The notes: a model not told the origin generated them from the letters alone. 64,000 nucleotides of DNA from an uncultured Collinsella sp. (GCA_902494815.1 CABUVB010000001.1:504-64503), one strand, 5' to 3'. Counted from the first letter of the stretch, positions 19,387 through 28,453 are shown. Numbers and translations: made by a program.

Positions 19387-19496
19387 GGCGGTGGACGATA
19401 AGGTCTGTCGCGAGTTCCGCACGAGCCGAAGAGCACTTAATGTGCTCTTCGTGCGAGTCAGGACTGTTCGAGCAGCAGACCTTATCGTCCACCGCC
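19387..19496. repeat. 110-bp element with 21-bp perfect terminal inverted repeats and an inner hairpin
   Basis: GGCGGTGGACGATAAGGTCTG 19387-19407 / 19476-19496; inner CGAAGAGCAC-ttaat-GTGCTCTTCG 19427-19451. Confidence 0.8.
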
Positions 19497-19509
19497 TCGC
19501 CCAGACGTC

Positions 19510-20319
19510 TTACTGCGGCTGCTTTCCAATGTATGCGAGGATGCCGCCGTCGACGTAGAGGATGTGGCCGTTGACGAAGTTCGACGCGTCGGAAGCCAGG
19601 AACACGGCGGGGCCCTTCAGGTCCTCGGGCGTGCCCCAACGGGCGGCCGGCGTCTTGGCAATGATGAACTGGTCAAACGGGTGGCGGCTGCCGTCGGGCT
19701 GCGTCTCGCGCAGCGGCGCGGTCTGCGGCGTGGCGATGTAGCCGGGCCCAATGCCGTTGCACTGGATATTGGCCTCGCCAAACTCGGAGCAGATGTTCTT
19801 GGTGAGCATCTTGAGTCCGCCCTTGGCCGCGGCATAGCCGGCGATGGTCTCGCGGCCCAGCTCGCTCATCATCGAGCAGATGTTGATGATCTTGCCGTGG
19901 CCCTTGGCGATCATGCCGGGCAGGCAGGCCTTGGACACGATAAACGGTGCGTTGAGGTCAATATCGACGACGCGGCGGAAGTCCTCGGCGCTCATGTCGA
20001 GCATCGGGGTACGCTGGATGACGCCAGCGTTGTTGACCAGGATATCGGGCGTGGTGCCAAAGTCGGCCTCAATCTTGGCGATGAGCTCGGCGACGACGGC
20101 CTCGTCGGTGACATCGGCAACATAGCCGTGAGCGTCAAAGCCCAGCTCGCGGTAGTGCTTCTCGGCCTCGGCTACCTTGTCGGCGTGACGTGCGTTAAAG
20201 GCGATCTTGGCGCCAGCCTCTCCGAGCGCCTCGGCGATGGCCATGCCAATGCCATAGGTGGCGCCGGTTACCAGTGCGACCTTGCCGTCCAGACGGAAGC
20301 TGTCCATAAGATCAGACAT
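19510..20319 (-). CDS. kduD: SDR 2-dehydro-3-deoxy-D-gluconate 5-dehydrogenase / gluconate 5-dehydrogenase (KduD/DhuD)
   Basis: TGATYGIG, NNAG, ICSMMSELGRET, YAAAKGG, GIGPGYIATPQT; paired with dhuI. Confidence 0.85.
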   Translation of the reverse strand: MSDLMDSFRLDGKVALVTGATYGIGMAIAEALGEAGAKIAFNARHADKVAEAEKHYRELGFDAHGYVADVTDEAVVAELIAKIEADFGTTPDILVNNAGVIQRTPMLDMSAEDFRRVVDIDLNAPFIVSKACLPGMIAKGHGKIINICSMMSELGRETIAGYAAAKGGLKMLTKNICSEFGEANIQCNGIGPGYIATPQTAPLRETQPDGSRHPFDQFIIAKTPAARWGTPEDLKGPAVFLASDASNFVNGHILYVDGGILAYIGKQPQ

Positions 20320-20332
20320 AGCGATCCTTTCA

Positions 20333-20438
20333 AAAGAAACGTTCATCTATATAAGTCTTGCTTTTCATGCAAGGTCAGTATAGGTGAAGCGGCGTAATAG
20401 CCACCCCTTATTTCCTAAAATCAGGTGAACGTTCACTT
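20333..20438. promoter_or_regulatory. Two LacI-type operators upstream of kduD-dhuI
   Basis: AAAGAAACGTTCATCT 20333-20348 (degenerate) and AGGTGAACGTTCACTT 20423-20438. Confidence 0.75.
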
Positions 20439-20479
20439 TTAAAAGGCGAACGGCAGTCTTGTCCTTGCCGCGCGGACGT

Positions 20480-21172
20480 TTATTCGCTCTGTTCCTGCGT
20501 GCCCTCTGCGATCATGTTGCGGTTGTACACCAGATGCAGGTACATCGCGTCGTGCGCTGCGGTGGGATTGCGCGCGGCGATGGCGTCGGCCACGCCACGG
20601 TGGGTGCGGATGGTTTCCTCAACCAGCTTTTTGCCGGTCACGTCAATAAACAGGGGGACAGACGCCTTGAGCACACCCATCAGGCGGGGGACAACGAGGT
20701 TGCCGCAGCTTTCGGCAATTGCGATATGAAACGCGGTGTCGGCGGCGGAATAGTCTTCGTCCCGCGCGGCCAAGCGCTCGGACTCGTCGCAAAGTTCTTT
20801 GATGCAGATGATTTGATCGTCGGTCGCGTGCTCTGCGGCCATGCTGGCCATCTGCGGCTCGATCATAAAGCGCACTTCGAGCAGGTCGCGTGCCAGGCGC
20901 CTCTTGTCATCGATAAAGGTAAAGCCCAGCGGATCGTCGGCAACGCCGGGGTTTGATGCCACATAGGTGCCCGAGCCCTGTTTGATGCGCACGATGTTGC
21001 GCGACTGCAGCAGCTTCATGGCTTCGCGCACCGTGCTTCTGCCGGCGCCCAGGCGCTCGACGAGCACGGCCTCCTTGGGCAGGCGGTCGCCTTGCTCAAG
21101 ATGTTCATCCAGGATCAGTTGAATGATTTTCTCCGAAATCTGCTCGGGGAGTCCCAATTCGGCTCGTGCCAC
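20480..21172 (-). CDS. GntR/FadR-family transcriptional regulator
   Basis: GDRLPKE, RSTVREAM, QGSGTYV wHTH; FCD domain DTAFH..GN..H. Confidence 0.93.
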   Translation of the reverse strand: MARAELGLPEQISEKIIQLILDEHLEQGDRLPKEAVLVERLGAGRSTVREAMKLLQSRNIVRIKQGSGTYVASNPGVADDPLGFTFIDDKRRLARDLLEVRFMIEPQMASMAAEHATDDQIICIKELCDESERLAARDEDYSAADTAFHIAIAESCGNLVVPRLMGVLKASVPLFIDVTGKKLVEETIRTHRGVADAIAARNPTAAHDAMYLHLVYNRNMIAEGTQEQSE

Positions 21173-21296
21173 GCTTCACCTCATATCAAAAGAATTCATC
21201 AGAGCTATTCTAGCCCATTCAGCAGAAGCCGCGGCGGTTCACTCCGACAATGAGGGGGCTGGAAGTAGCCATTTACCGTCAAAAAGACCGTTCAGC

Positions 21297-21391
21297 AAAT
21301 ACATCAGATGTATTTCGAACAAAATTCAATTTGAAACATCAGACCTATTGAAAACACGCTATAGTCTAAGCCGAATTCAAAAGGTCTGATG
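21297..21391. promoter_or_regulatory. Candidate FadR-family operators between regulator and gntP
   Basis: AAATACATC-A-GATGTATTT 21297-21315; ACATCAGACCT 21336-21346; AGGTCTGATG 21382-21391. Confidence 0.7.
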
Positions 21392-21404
21392 AATTGGAGG
21401 AAAG

Positions 21405-22766
21405 ATGTCAGACCCAACGTTTATGGCTGATCCCACCAGGCTGGTCATCGCCGCCATCGTGGGCATCGCGCTGCTGCTTGCGCTCATCATCAAGTTCAAG
21501 CTGCACCCCGTGCTGTCGATGATGGTCTCGGCGCTCGTGATCGGTATCGGTGCCGGCATGCCGCTCGACATGGTGGCGGACACCGTCACCAAGGGTGTGG
21601 GCACCACGCTGCAAAACATCGCCCTGCTCATTGGCCTGGGATCGATGTTTGGCCAGATTTTGGAGGAGAGCGGCGGCGCCAAGAAGATCGCCCAGACCTT
21701 CATTGACACCTTTGGCCAGGGCCACTCCAGCTGGGCGCTGGGCATCACCGGTTTGGTCATCGGCACCACGGTGTTCTTTGAGGCCGGCGTGGTCGTTTTG
21801 ATCCCGCTTGCCTTTAGCGTGGCATCGCAGACCAAAAAGCCGACGCTCTACTACGGCATCGCGCTGCTCGCGGGACTTGCCGCTGGCTATGCGTTCGTGC
21901 CGCCATCGGCCGGGTCGGTTTTGGTCGCCGGCACGCTCGGTGTCGACCTGGGCACCATGATTCTCGTCGGTATCCCTACCGCCTTCATCGCTATGGCGAT
22001 CGCCGGCGTTATCTGGGGCCGCAACGTGGGCGGTCGCATCTTTACCGATGTTCCGGAGCACTTTACCTCTGCCGAGGGCGCGAGCGACGAAAAGGAGCTT
22101 CCCTCCTTTGGCATGGTGCTTGCCATCGTGCTCACGCTGCTTTGTCTGATTTTGCTGGGCACGTTGTCCTCTTATATCCCCATGCCCGCTGAGCTCGCCT
22201 CGATTCTCGCCTTCCTGGGCAAGCCGTTCGTCGCTTTGACGCTCGCCACGCTCGTCGCGATGTATCTGCTGGGCGCGCGCCGCGGCTACTCCGGCGCTGA
22301 GCTCAAAGCCCTGCTCGACCGCTCTCTTAAACCCGTCGGCATGATCTTGCTGGTCATTGCCTGCGGCGGTGTGATCCGCTGGATGCTGCAGGACTGCGGC
22401 CTGGGCCAGGTTATCGGCCCTATGCTCGAGGCCTCACCGCTGCCTTTGGTGGTCGTTGCCTTTTTGATTGCCGTCATGGTGCGTGCCTCTGTCGGCAGCT
22501 CCATCGTCGCTATGACCATGGCATCGGGCATTATGGCCGCCATGCCTGCGGTTGCCGGAGCCTCAGTGCTCATGCGTGCCGCTATCTGTCTTGCTATCTG
22601 CGGCGGTGCCACGGCCCTCTCGCACGTCAACGATGCCGGTTTTTGGATGTGCTCCTCGTTCCTGGAGATTGATGAGAAGACAACCCTCAAGTCCTGGACC
22701 GTTATGGAGACGCTCATCGGCCTTTCGGGTCTTGCCTGCGCCCTGGTGATCTCGTTCTTCGCCTAG
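21405..22766 (+). CDS. GntP-family sugar-acid:H+ symporter
   Basis: KFKLHP, GQILEESGGA, VFFEAG, SHVNDAGFW, TTLKSWT. Confidence 0.93.
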   Translation: MSDPTFMADPTRLVIAAIVGIALLLALIIKFKLHPVLSMMVSALVIGIGAGMPLDMVADTVTKGVGTTLQNIALLIGLGSMFGQILEESGGAKKIAQTFIDTFGQGHSSWALGITGLVIGTTVFFEAGVVVLIPLAFSVASQTKKPTLYYGIALLAGLAAGYAFVPPSAGSVLVAGTLGVDLGTMILVGIPTAFIAMAIAGVIWGRNVGGRIFTDVPEHFTSAEGASDEKELPSFGMVLAIVLTLLCLILLGTLSSYIPMPAELASILAFLGKPFVALTLATLVAMYLLGARRGYSGAELKALLDRSLKPVGMILLVIACGGVIRWMLQDCGLGQVIGPMLEASPLPLVVVAFLIAVMVRASVGSSIVAMTMASGIMAAMPAVAGASVLMRAAICLAICGGATALSHVNDAGFWMCSSFLEIDEKTTLKSWTVMETLIGLSGLACALVISFFA

Positions 22767-22874
22767 TTCGCGTAGCTAAGCATCTTCCGCCGAGTGCATC
22801 GCTCGGTACCCATTTACACCTGATTCATTAACCAACGATTGGTACAACCGTTCAAATCAAAAGAGGAGAGCATC

Positions 22875-24653
22875 ATGGACGAGAAGACCAAGGTACAGAT
22901 TCAGCAGGAGGCAGCCGACCTGGTTGCCAAGCTGCAGCCGCGCTCCGGCAAGTTTCGCACCATCAGCCCCGAGATGGACCCGCTGCGCCTGGGCTCTGGC
23001 TGGTCCATCGAGGACCTGGACAAGCCGCAGGTCATTATCGAGTCGACGTTTGGCGACTCGCACCCGGGTTCTGCCGGCCTGTTTGAGCTGGTCGAGGGGG
23101 TCCGTGTCGGCGTTGCCGAGGCTGGCGGTCACGGTGCCCGTTACTTCTGCACCGATATCTGCGACGGCGAGGCCCAGGGCCACGATGGCATCAACTACTC
23201 GCTGCCCAGCCGCGACATGATCGCCAACATGATCGAGATCCATGCCAAGGCCACCCCGTTCGACGCCGGCGTCTTTGTCGCCAGCTGCGATAAGGGCCTG
23301 CCTGCGAACCTCATGGCCATGGGCCGCATCAACATCCCCTCCATCGTCGTTACCGGCGGTGTCATGGATGCCGGTCCTGACCTGCTGACCCTGGAGCAGC
23401 TCGGCGCGATTTCTGCCCGCTACGAGCGCGGCGAGATCTCTCGCGAGGAGCTCGAGTTTGCCAAGCACAACGCATGCCCCAGCTGCGGCGCCTGCTCCTT
23501 TATGGGCACCGCGTCGACCATGCAGGTTACCGCCGAGGCCCTGGGCCTTATGCTCCCCGGCACGGCCTTGTTGCCCGCAACCAGCTCCGATCTGCGTGAG
23601 TTTGCGCGCGAGGCCGGCCGTCAGTCCGTGTGGCTCTCCGAGCACAACCTGTGTCCGCGTGACATCGTGACCAAGGAGTCCTTCGAGAACCTCATCATGG
23701 TCCACGGCGCCATTTCGGGTTCCACCAACTCGCTGCTGCATATTCCTGCTATCGCCCGCGAGTTTGGCATCGAGATGTCCGCCGACGACTTCGATCGCCT
23801 GCACCGTGGCGCCCACTACCTGCTCAACGTCCGTCCCGCAGGCGAGTGGCCGGCGCAGTTCTTCTACTATGCGGGTGGCGTGCCGCGCATCATGGAGGAG
23901 ATCAAGTCGATGCTTCACCTCGATGTCATGACCGTCACCGGCAAGACCCTCGGCGAAAACCTCGAGGACCTTAAGAACAACGGCTACTACGAGAAGTGCG
24001 GCCGCTACTTGGAGAAGTGGAACCTCAAGCGCGAAGACATTATTCGCCCGTTTGACCAGGCTTTTGGTACCGACGGCTCTATCGCCATCCTCCACGGCAA
24101 CCTTGCCCCCGAGGGCGCCGTCGTCAAACACACGGTTGTTCCGCGCGAGATGTTCCAGGCCACGCTTAAGGCTCGCCCGTTCGATTGTGAGGAGGACGCT
24201 ATCCACGCCGTCCTGACGCACGAGGTCAAGCCCGGTGACGCCGTTATCATTCGCTACGAGGGTCCCAAGGGCTCCGGCATGCCCGAGATGTTCTACACCA
24301 CCGAGGCTATCGCCAGCGACCCCGAGTTGGGCGCGAGCATTGCCCTGATCACTGACGGCCGCTTCTCCGGCGCCTCCAAGGGTCCGGCTATCGGTCACGT
24401 TTCGCCCGAGGCTGCCGTGGGCGGTCCGATTGCCCTGATCGAGGAGGGCGACCTTATCCAGATCAACATCCCCGAGCGCTCGCTGTCTATTGTGGGCATC
24501 GCCGGCAAGGAGATGGAGCCGGCCGAGATCGATGCCGTCCTGGCCGAGCGCCGAGCCGCTTGGAAGCCCAAGGCTAATCGCTATACCTCCGGCACGCTCA
24601 AGTTCTTTACCGAGCATGCAGTTTCCGCCATTCAGGGTGGCTACATGGAGTAG
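22875..24653 (+). CDS. IlvD/Edd-family dehydratase, probable sugar-acid (aldonate) dehydratase
   Basis: CDG, SCDK, CSFMGTASTM, GSTN, GNLAPEGAVVK, EGPKG.GMPEM, TDGRFSG, GHVSPEA; follows gntP. Confidence 0.88.
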   Translation: MDEKTKVQIQQEAADLVAKLQPRSGKFRTISPEMDPLRLGSGWSIEDLDKPQVIIESTFGDSHPGSAGLFELVEGVRVGVAEAGGHGARYFCTDICDGEAQGHDGINYSLPSRDMIANMIEIHAKATPFDAGVFVASCDKGLPANLMAMGRINIPSIVVTGGVMDAGPDLLTLEQLGAISARYERGEISREELEFAKHNACPSCGACSFMGTASTMQVTAEALGLMLPGTALLPATSSDLREFAREAGRQSVWLSEHNLCPRDIVTKESFENLIMVHGAISGSTNSLLHIPAIAREFGIEMSADDFDRLHRGAHYLLNVRPAGEWPAQFFYYAGGVPRIMEEIKSMLHLDVMTVTGKTLGENLEDLKNNGYYEKCGRYLEKWNLKREDIIRPFDQAFGTDGSIAILHGNLAPEGAVVKHTVVPREMFQATLKARPFDCEEDAIHAVLTHEVKPGDAVIIRYEGPKGSGMPEMFYTTEAIASDPELGASIALITDGRFSGASKGPAIGHVSPEAAVGGPIALIEEGDLIQINIPERSLSIVGIAGKEMEPAEIDAVLAERRAAWKPKANRYTSGTLKFFTEHAVSAIQGGYME

Positions 24654-24825
24654 CGCACGTACGCATCGAATATCTCCTCTCATAGATGCGCGGCACAAAG
24701 AGCCCCGAGCCACGTCACCGGGGCGCGTTGTTCAGCGCCGCCGGGGCGCTCCACTCAAACGACAAGAGACGTCTTACGCAAGCGCCCGCGTCCGTGGATA
24801 AAACCACGGGCGTGGGCGCTTCACT

Positions 24826-25167
24826 TTATTCCCAGCCCTTCCACACGTCAGGCTCGTAGCCAACGGTTGCCTGGCGGCCGTTGCGAACGATGGGCTCACG
24901 AAGAATCTGCTGGTTATCGAGCACCTTTTCGAACTTCTGGTCGGCAGCAAGATACTGTACGAGCGCAACCGTGTCGGCATCTTTCGCCTTTGGATCGATC
25001 ACAGCGTCGATCCCGCCGACGGCGCGCGCCACGCTTTCGAGCTCGCCTTTGCTCATCCCCTTTTCCTTCAAGTCGATGAACTGGAACTTCACACGACGTT
25101 CCTTGAAATAGCGCTGCGCCTTCTTAGTATCGAAGCTTTTCTTCGTGCCGAATATCTGGATGTTCAT
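24826..25167 (-). CDS. ArsC/Spx-family protein
   Basis: IQIFGTKKSFDTKKAQRYFKER, ILREPIVRNG; thioredoxin-like ArsC pattern, but no Cys in the sequence. Confidence 0.85.
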   Translation of the reverse strand: MNIQIFGTKKSFDTKKAQRYFKERRVKFQFIDLKEKGMSKGELESVARAVGGIDAVIDPKAKDADTVALVQYLAADQKFEKVLDNQQILREPIVRNGRQATVGYEPDVWKGWE

Positions 25168-25451
25168 ACGTACCGCCTTCGCTCAATTCTCGTCCGTCCA
25201 TGATACGACAAGGGAGCCGAGCAAAAACAGAGCAGGCGGAGATGGAGGAGGACGGCGACCGACCGTCGGCAAGAGTCGGCCGGATCGGACTGGCGCCCAG
25301 CGCGCGCCGGCGACACGCTCGCAGCTGCACACATAGCCGATGTACAAGCTCGCCGCGGCGTTCCCTCGCCCCGCGGTGTGGCGATAGAGAAGCACGCCAC
25401 CCGTCAACGATGGCGCCTCGGTGAAGAAAATCAACGTCTGGGTTACATCCC

Positions 25452-25480
25452 TTGAAAGGGGCGAAGACGGCTGCTAGAAT
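25452..25480 (+). promoter_or_regulatory. Sigma-70/SigA-type promoter for the uORF-MFS-CBS unit
   Basis: TTGAAA (25452-25457), 17 bp, TAGAAT (25475-25480). Confidence 0.7.
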
Positions 25481-25491
25481 ACCTCCCCGCT

Positions 25492-25605
25492 ATGAAGGAT
25501 TTGACCAAAGCATACATCGCAATTCGGCGGCCCCTGGTATACGGGGCCTCTCCTGTTGTTCCCCAAGTGCGCTCTGAGCAGCCGCTTTCTTCCTGTCGTA
25601 TCTGA
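25492..25605 (+). CDS. Putative 37-aa leader peptide (MKDLTKAYIAIRRPLVYGASPVVPQVRSEQPLSSCRI)
   Basis: ATG 11 nt after the -10 box, TGA at 25603-25605; no protein-level support. Confidence 0.4.
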   Translation: MKDLTKAYIAIRRPLVYGASPVVPQVRSEQPLSSCRI

Positions 25606-25687
25606 TGCACGCATAGCACGTGCATGTTATTTCGCCCGTGGGCCGGCGCGCCTTCGGCGAAGAATCGAATAGATACGAAGGAAGCTT

Positions 25688-27127
25688 ATGTCTGATAATT
25701 GTACGGTCGCGCCCGCCAATGGGCGCATTACCGGTACCCAGATCCGCATCGTCGCGGTCGTCGTCCTGGGTGCCTTCTTGGCGCTACTGAACCAAACGGT
25801 GATGTCGCCTGCGCTGCCGGTCATCATGTCCGATTTCGCCATCGATGCCTCGACTGCCCAGTGGATCATGTCCATATACCCGCTGGTGAGCGGCATCATG
25901 GTCCCCGTTTCGGCGTTCCTTATCGACAAGTTCAGCACCCGCGCGCTATTCTTCGGGGCGACGCTGGTGTTCGCGCTGGGCACGCTGCTGTGCGCCGCAG
26001 CCCCTGATTTCCTGTTCCTCATCATCGGTCGCGTGTTGCAAGCGGCGGGCTCAGGCGTGCTCATGCCGCTTGTCTCGGTGGTTCCCATGCTGGTGTTCCC
26101 CGTCGAGAAACGAGGAACGGCTATGGGCATGGCGGGCATCGTCATGTCGGCGGGTCCCGCGGTCGGCCCCGTCGTAGGCGGTGCGGTGATCGACACGTAC
26201 GGCTGGCGCACCATGATCGGCGCCATCGTCCCCCTCGCAATTCTCGTGCTGGTGCTGGGCGTGTTCATGCTGAAAAACGTGGGCGAGCTGAAGAACCCCA
26301 AGCTCGACCTGCCCTCGGTCGTCCTCTCCACCATCGCCTTCGGCGGACTTCTCTACGGGTTCTCGAGCGCCTCGTCGATGGGTTGGGGCAACCCCGTGGT
26401 GCTCGGCTCGATCGTCGCGGGTGTCGTGTGCTTGGTGCTGTTCGTCGTACGCCAGGGCAAAATCGAGGACCCGCTGCTTCAACTGGGCACGCTCAAGACG
26501 CGCGATTTCCGCGTGGCCGCCATCATCGTCACGCTCATCAACGCCGCATGCCTGGTCACCAACACGCTGTTGCCGTTGCTGCTGCAAACCTCGCTTGGCG
26601 CTTCGGCCTTCGAAACCGGCATGGCCATGCTTCCCGCCGCGGCGGTGGGCATCATCATCAGCCCTATCTCCGGCGTGGTGTTCGACAAGTTCGGTCCGCG
26701 TGCCATCTCGATCGTCGGCCTGGCCCTCATGACCGGCGCCCTGTTCCTGCTCTCGCTTTCGACGGTAAACACGCCCATCTTGGTGGTTGCGCTGTTCTGC
26801 ATGCTGCAGTCCGCCGGCCAGTCGCTCGCGAACATGCCGGTGAACACATGGGGTGTCAATGCCTTGAAAAATGACATGATCGCCCACGGCAACGCCATCG
26901 CGAACACCGGCCGCCAGGTCGCCGGCGGTTTGTGCACGGCGCTCATCATCACGGTCATGACAAGCGTCACCGCGTCGGCCGGCGTCGATGCGAGCATCCA
27001 AGTAGCCACCGCCGTGGGCGCGGGCGTCGCTTACAAGGTGTGCGCGGCAATCGGCCTCGTTTCCCTTATCTGCGCCATATTCAGCGTGCGCACCAAGAAA
27101 ACCGCACCGAAAACGAAGGAGGCATAA
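25688..27127 (+). CDS. MFS DHA2 (EmrB/QacA/LmrB-like) efflux transporter
   Basis: ~14 TM; LNQTVMSPALP, GRVLQAAG, RGTAMG, GPAVGPVVGG motif C. Confidence 0.92.
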   Translation: MSDNCTVAPANGRITGTQIRIVAVVVLGAFLALLNQTVMSPALPVIMSDFAIDASTAQWIMSIYPLVSGIMVPVSAFLIDKFSTRALFFGATLVFALGTLLCAAAPDFLFLIIGRVLQAAGSGVLMPLVSVVPMLVFPVEKRGTAMGMAGIVMSAGPAVGPVVGGAVIDTYGWRTMIGAIVPLAILVLVLGVFMLKNVGELKNPKLDLPSVVLSTIAFGGLLYGFSSASSMGWGNPVVLGSIVAGVVCLVLFVVRQGKIEDPLLQLGTLKTRDFRVAAIIVTLINAACLVTNTLLPLLLQTSLGASAFETGMAMLPAAAVGIIISPISGVVFDKFGPRAISIVGLALMTGALFLLSLSTVNTPILVVALFCMLQSAGQSLANMPVNTWGVNALKNDMIAHGNAIANTGRQVAGGLCTALIITVMTSVTASAGVDASIQVATAVGAGVAYKVCAAIGLVSLICAIFSVRTKKTAPKTKEA

Positions 27128-27130
27128 GCG

Positions 27131-27637
27131 ATGTCCGAGATTCTGTCCGAGCGCATCCCGCTCGAGCTCGAGGGGACGCCCGTTTCGAGCATCATGATTG
27201 AAGAGCCGTTCACCTGCACGCAGGATTGCACGATTTCCGACGTGGTGCGCATGCTCGCCGAAAACGAGGTGAGCAGCATGCCCGTAATCGATGAGCGCAA
27301 CCAGGTGGTCGGGTTCATCTCCGACGGCGATGTCATGGGAGCCATCGCGCAGCATCGCGCTCACACCATCTTCACGGGCGGCGACGCGTCCATGCTGTAC
27401 TTCGACGATCAGAGCCTTGAGCAGCGCATCGAAGACCTGAAGGATCGCTGCGTCATGGATTTCGCGACGCGCCAGGTAGTGTGTGCCCGTCCCGAGCAGA
27501 GCATCGCCCGCGTCGCCGCGCTGCTGGCGAAGAAGAAGTTCAAGAAGCTTCCTGTGGTTGATGACGAGGGCAAACTCGTGGGGGTCATCCGCCGCTCCGC
27601 CATCACCAAATACATCTTCGGCATCCTTTTCCAATAG
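27131..27637 (+). CDS. CBS-pair domain protein
   Basis: SSMPVIDE..VVGFISDGD and KKLPVVDD.GKLVGVIRRS. Confidence 0.9.
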   Translation: MSEILSERIPLELEGTPVSSIMIEEPFTCTQDCTISDVVRMLAENEVSSMPVIDERNQVVGFISDGDVMGAIAQHRAHTIFTGGDASMLYFDDQSLEQRIEDLKDRCVMDFATRQVVCARPEQSIARVAALLAKKKFKKLPVVDDEGKLVGVIRRSAITKYIFGILFQ

Positions 27638-27811
27638 GGGCAGGTCGCACTTGAGGCGAACATCTCGAGGCATCGAGCCAGCAACTGGACCAGACAACCT
27701 TGACACGCACGCGCTTTCCCTCGATGCTTCGGTAAGGGGAGCTGCGAAAATCGCAGCACGGGTGATCGGCGCCGCGCCCCCGAAGGCAAAAGCGAACACG
27801 GGAGCGATACG

Positions 27812-28120
27812 ATGGGAAAAGTCCTGGACGAAGATTTGGTTTATGAGATTCTCTCCGTCGTGGCAGAGATTCCGGCGGGATGCGTCGCCTCGTACGGTCA
27901 GATAGCGCGCCTCATCGGCAGGGAGAAAAACTCTCGCCTGGTCGGAGCGGTGCTGAGCGAGGCGGATCGCTACGGCGATTATCCCTGCCACCGCGTCGTC
28001 AACCACGCGGGACGCCTCGCGCCAAACTTCCCCGACCAGCGAGCACTACTGACGGAGGAAGGAGTCGCCTTCCGAGACAACGGCCGCGTCGACATGAAAA
28101 AGCACCAGTGGAACGAGTAG
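27812..28120 (+). CDS. MGMT-family O6-alkylguanine DNA-binding/methyltransferase protein
   Basis: IPAGCVASYGQIA, PCHRVV active-site motif, Q..LL..EGV. Confidence 0.9.
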   Translation: MGKVLDEDLVYEILSVVAEIPAGCVASYGQIARLIGREKNSRLVGAVLSEADRYGDYPCHRVVNHAGRLAPNFPDQRALLTEEGVAFRDNGRVDMKKHQWNE

Positions 28121-28338
28121 CCAGGCAGCGTAGCGTCGAAAGGAGCGACGCCACGGGGAACGACCTGCGCCCCGCCGCCGGACAACCTATGGCAAAGTGA
28201 CACGTCCCACAAAGAGCGGCGCACCAGTACGAGACACGACCGCGACGTAAAAAGACCCTATGATACTCGTAAGCATCTATCTGATTGCCCGCCTCGAGGT
28301 ACCCAAAGAACGAGAGATGCCGAAACCCCTAGACAAAG

Positions 28339-28370
28339 AAAAAGGTCGGGAGCTTTTATGCTTCCGACCT
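28339..28370 (-). terminator. Intrinsic terminator downstream of the tRNA remnant
   Basis: Minus strand AGGTCGGAAGC-ataaaa-GCTCCCGACCT-TTTT. Confidence 0.75.
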
Positions 28371-28379
28371 GAAGTTTCA

Positions 28380-28424
28380 TGGTCGCGGGGGGCGGATTTG
28401 AACCACCGACCTTCGGGTTATGAG
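28380..28424 (-). mobile_element. att site: 3' half of tRNA-Met(CAT, initiator-like)
   Basis: Minus strand CTCATAACCCGAAGGTCGGTGGTTCAAATCCGCCCCCCGCGACCA gives anticodon loop, T-arm and CCA; the upstream sequence does not supply a 5' acceptor strand or D-arm. Confidence 0.88.
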
Positions 28425-28453
28425 GTCGCTACGACGTTGTTTCATTCAGACAT

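Noticed and set aside
22875..24653. Branched-chain amino acid ilvD
   Set aside because: Context (gntP, FadR, uronate genes, no ilvBNC) favours a sugar-acid dehydratase
25124..25625. Short overlapping ORFs between arsC and the MFS
   Set aside because: No motifs or RBS, and mutually overlapping; only the promoter-aligned 37-aa uORF was kept, at low confidence
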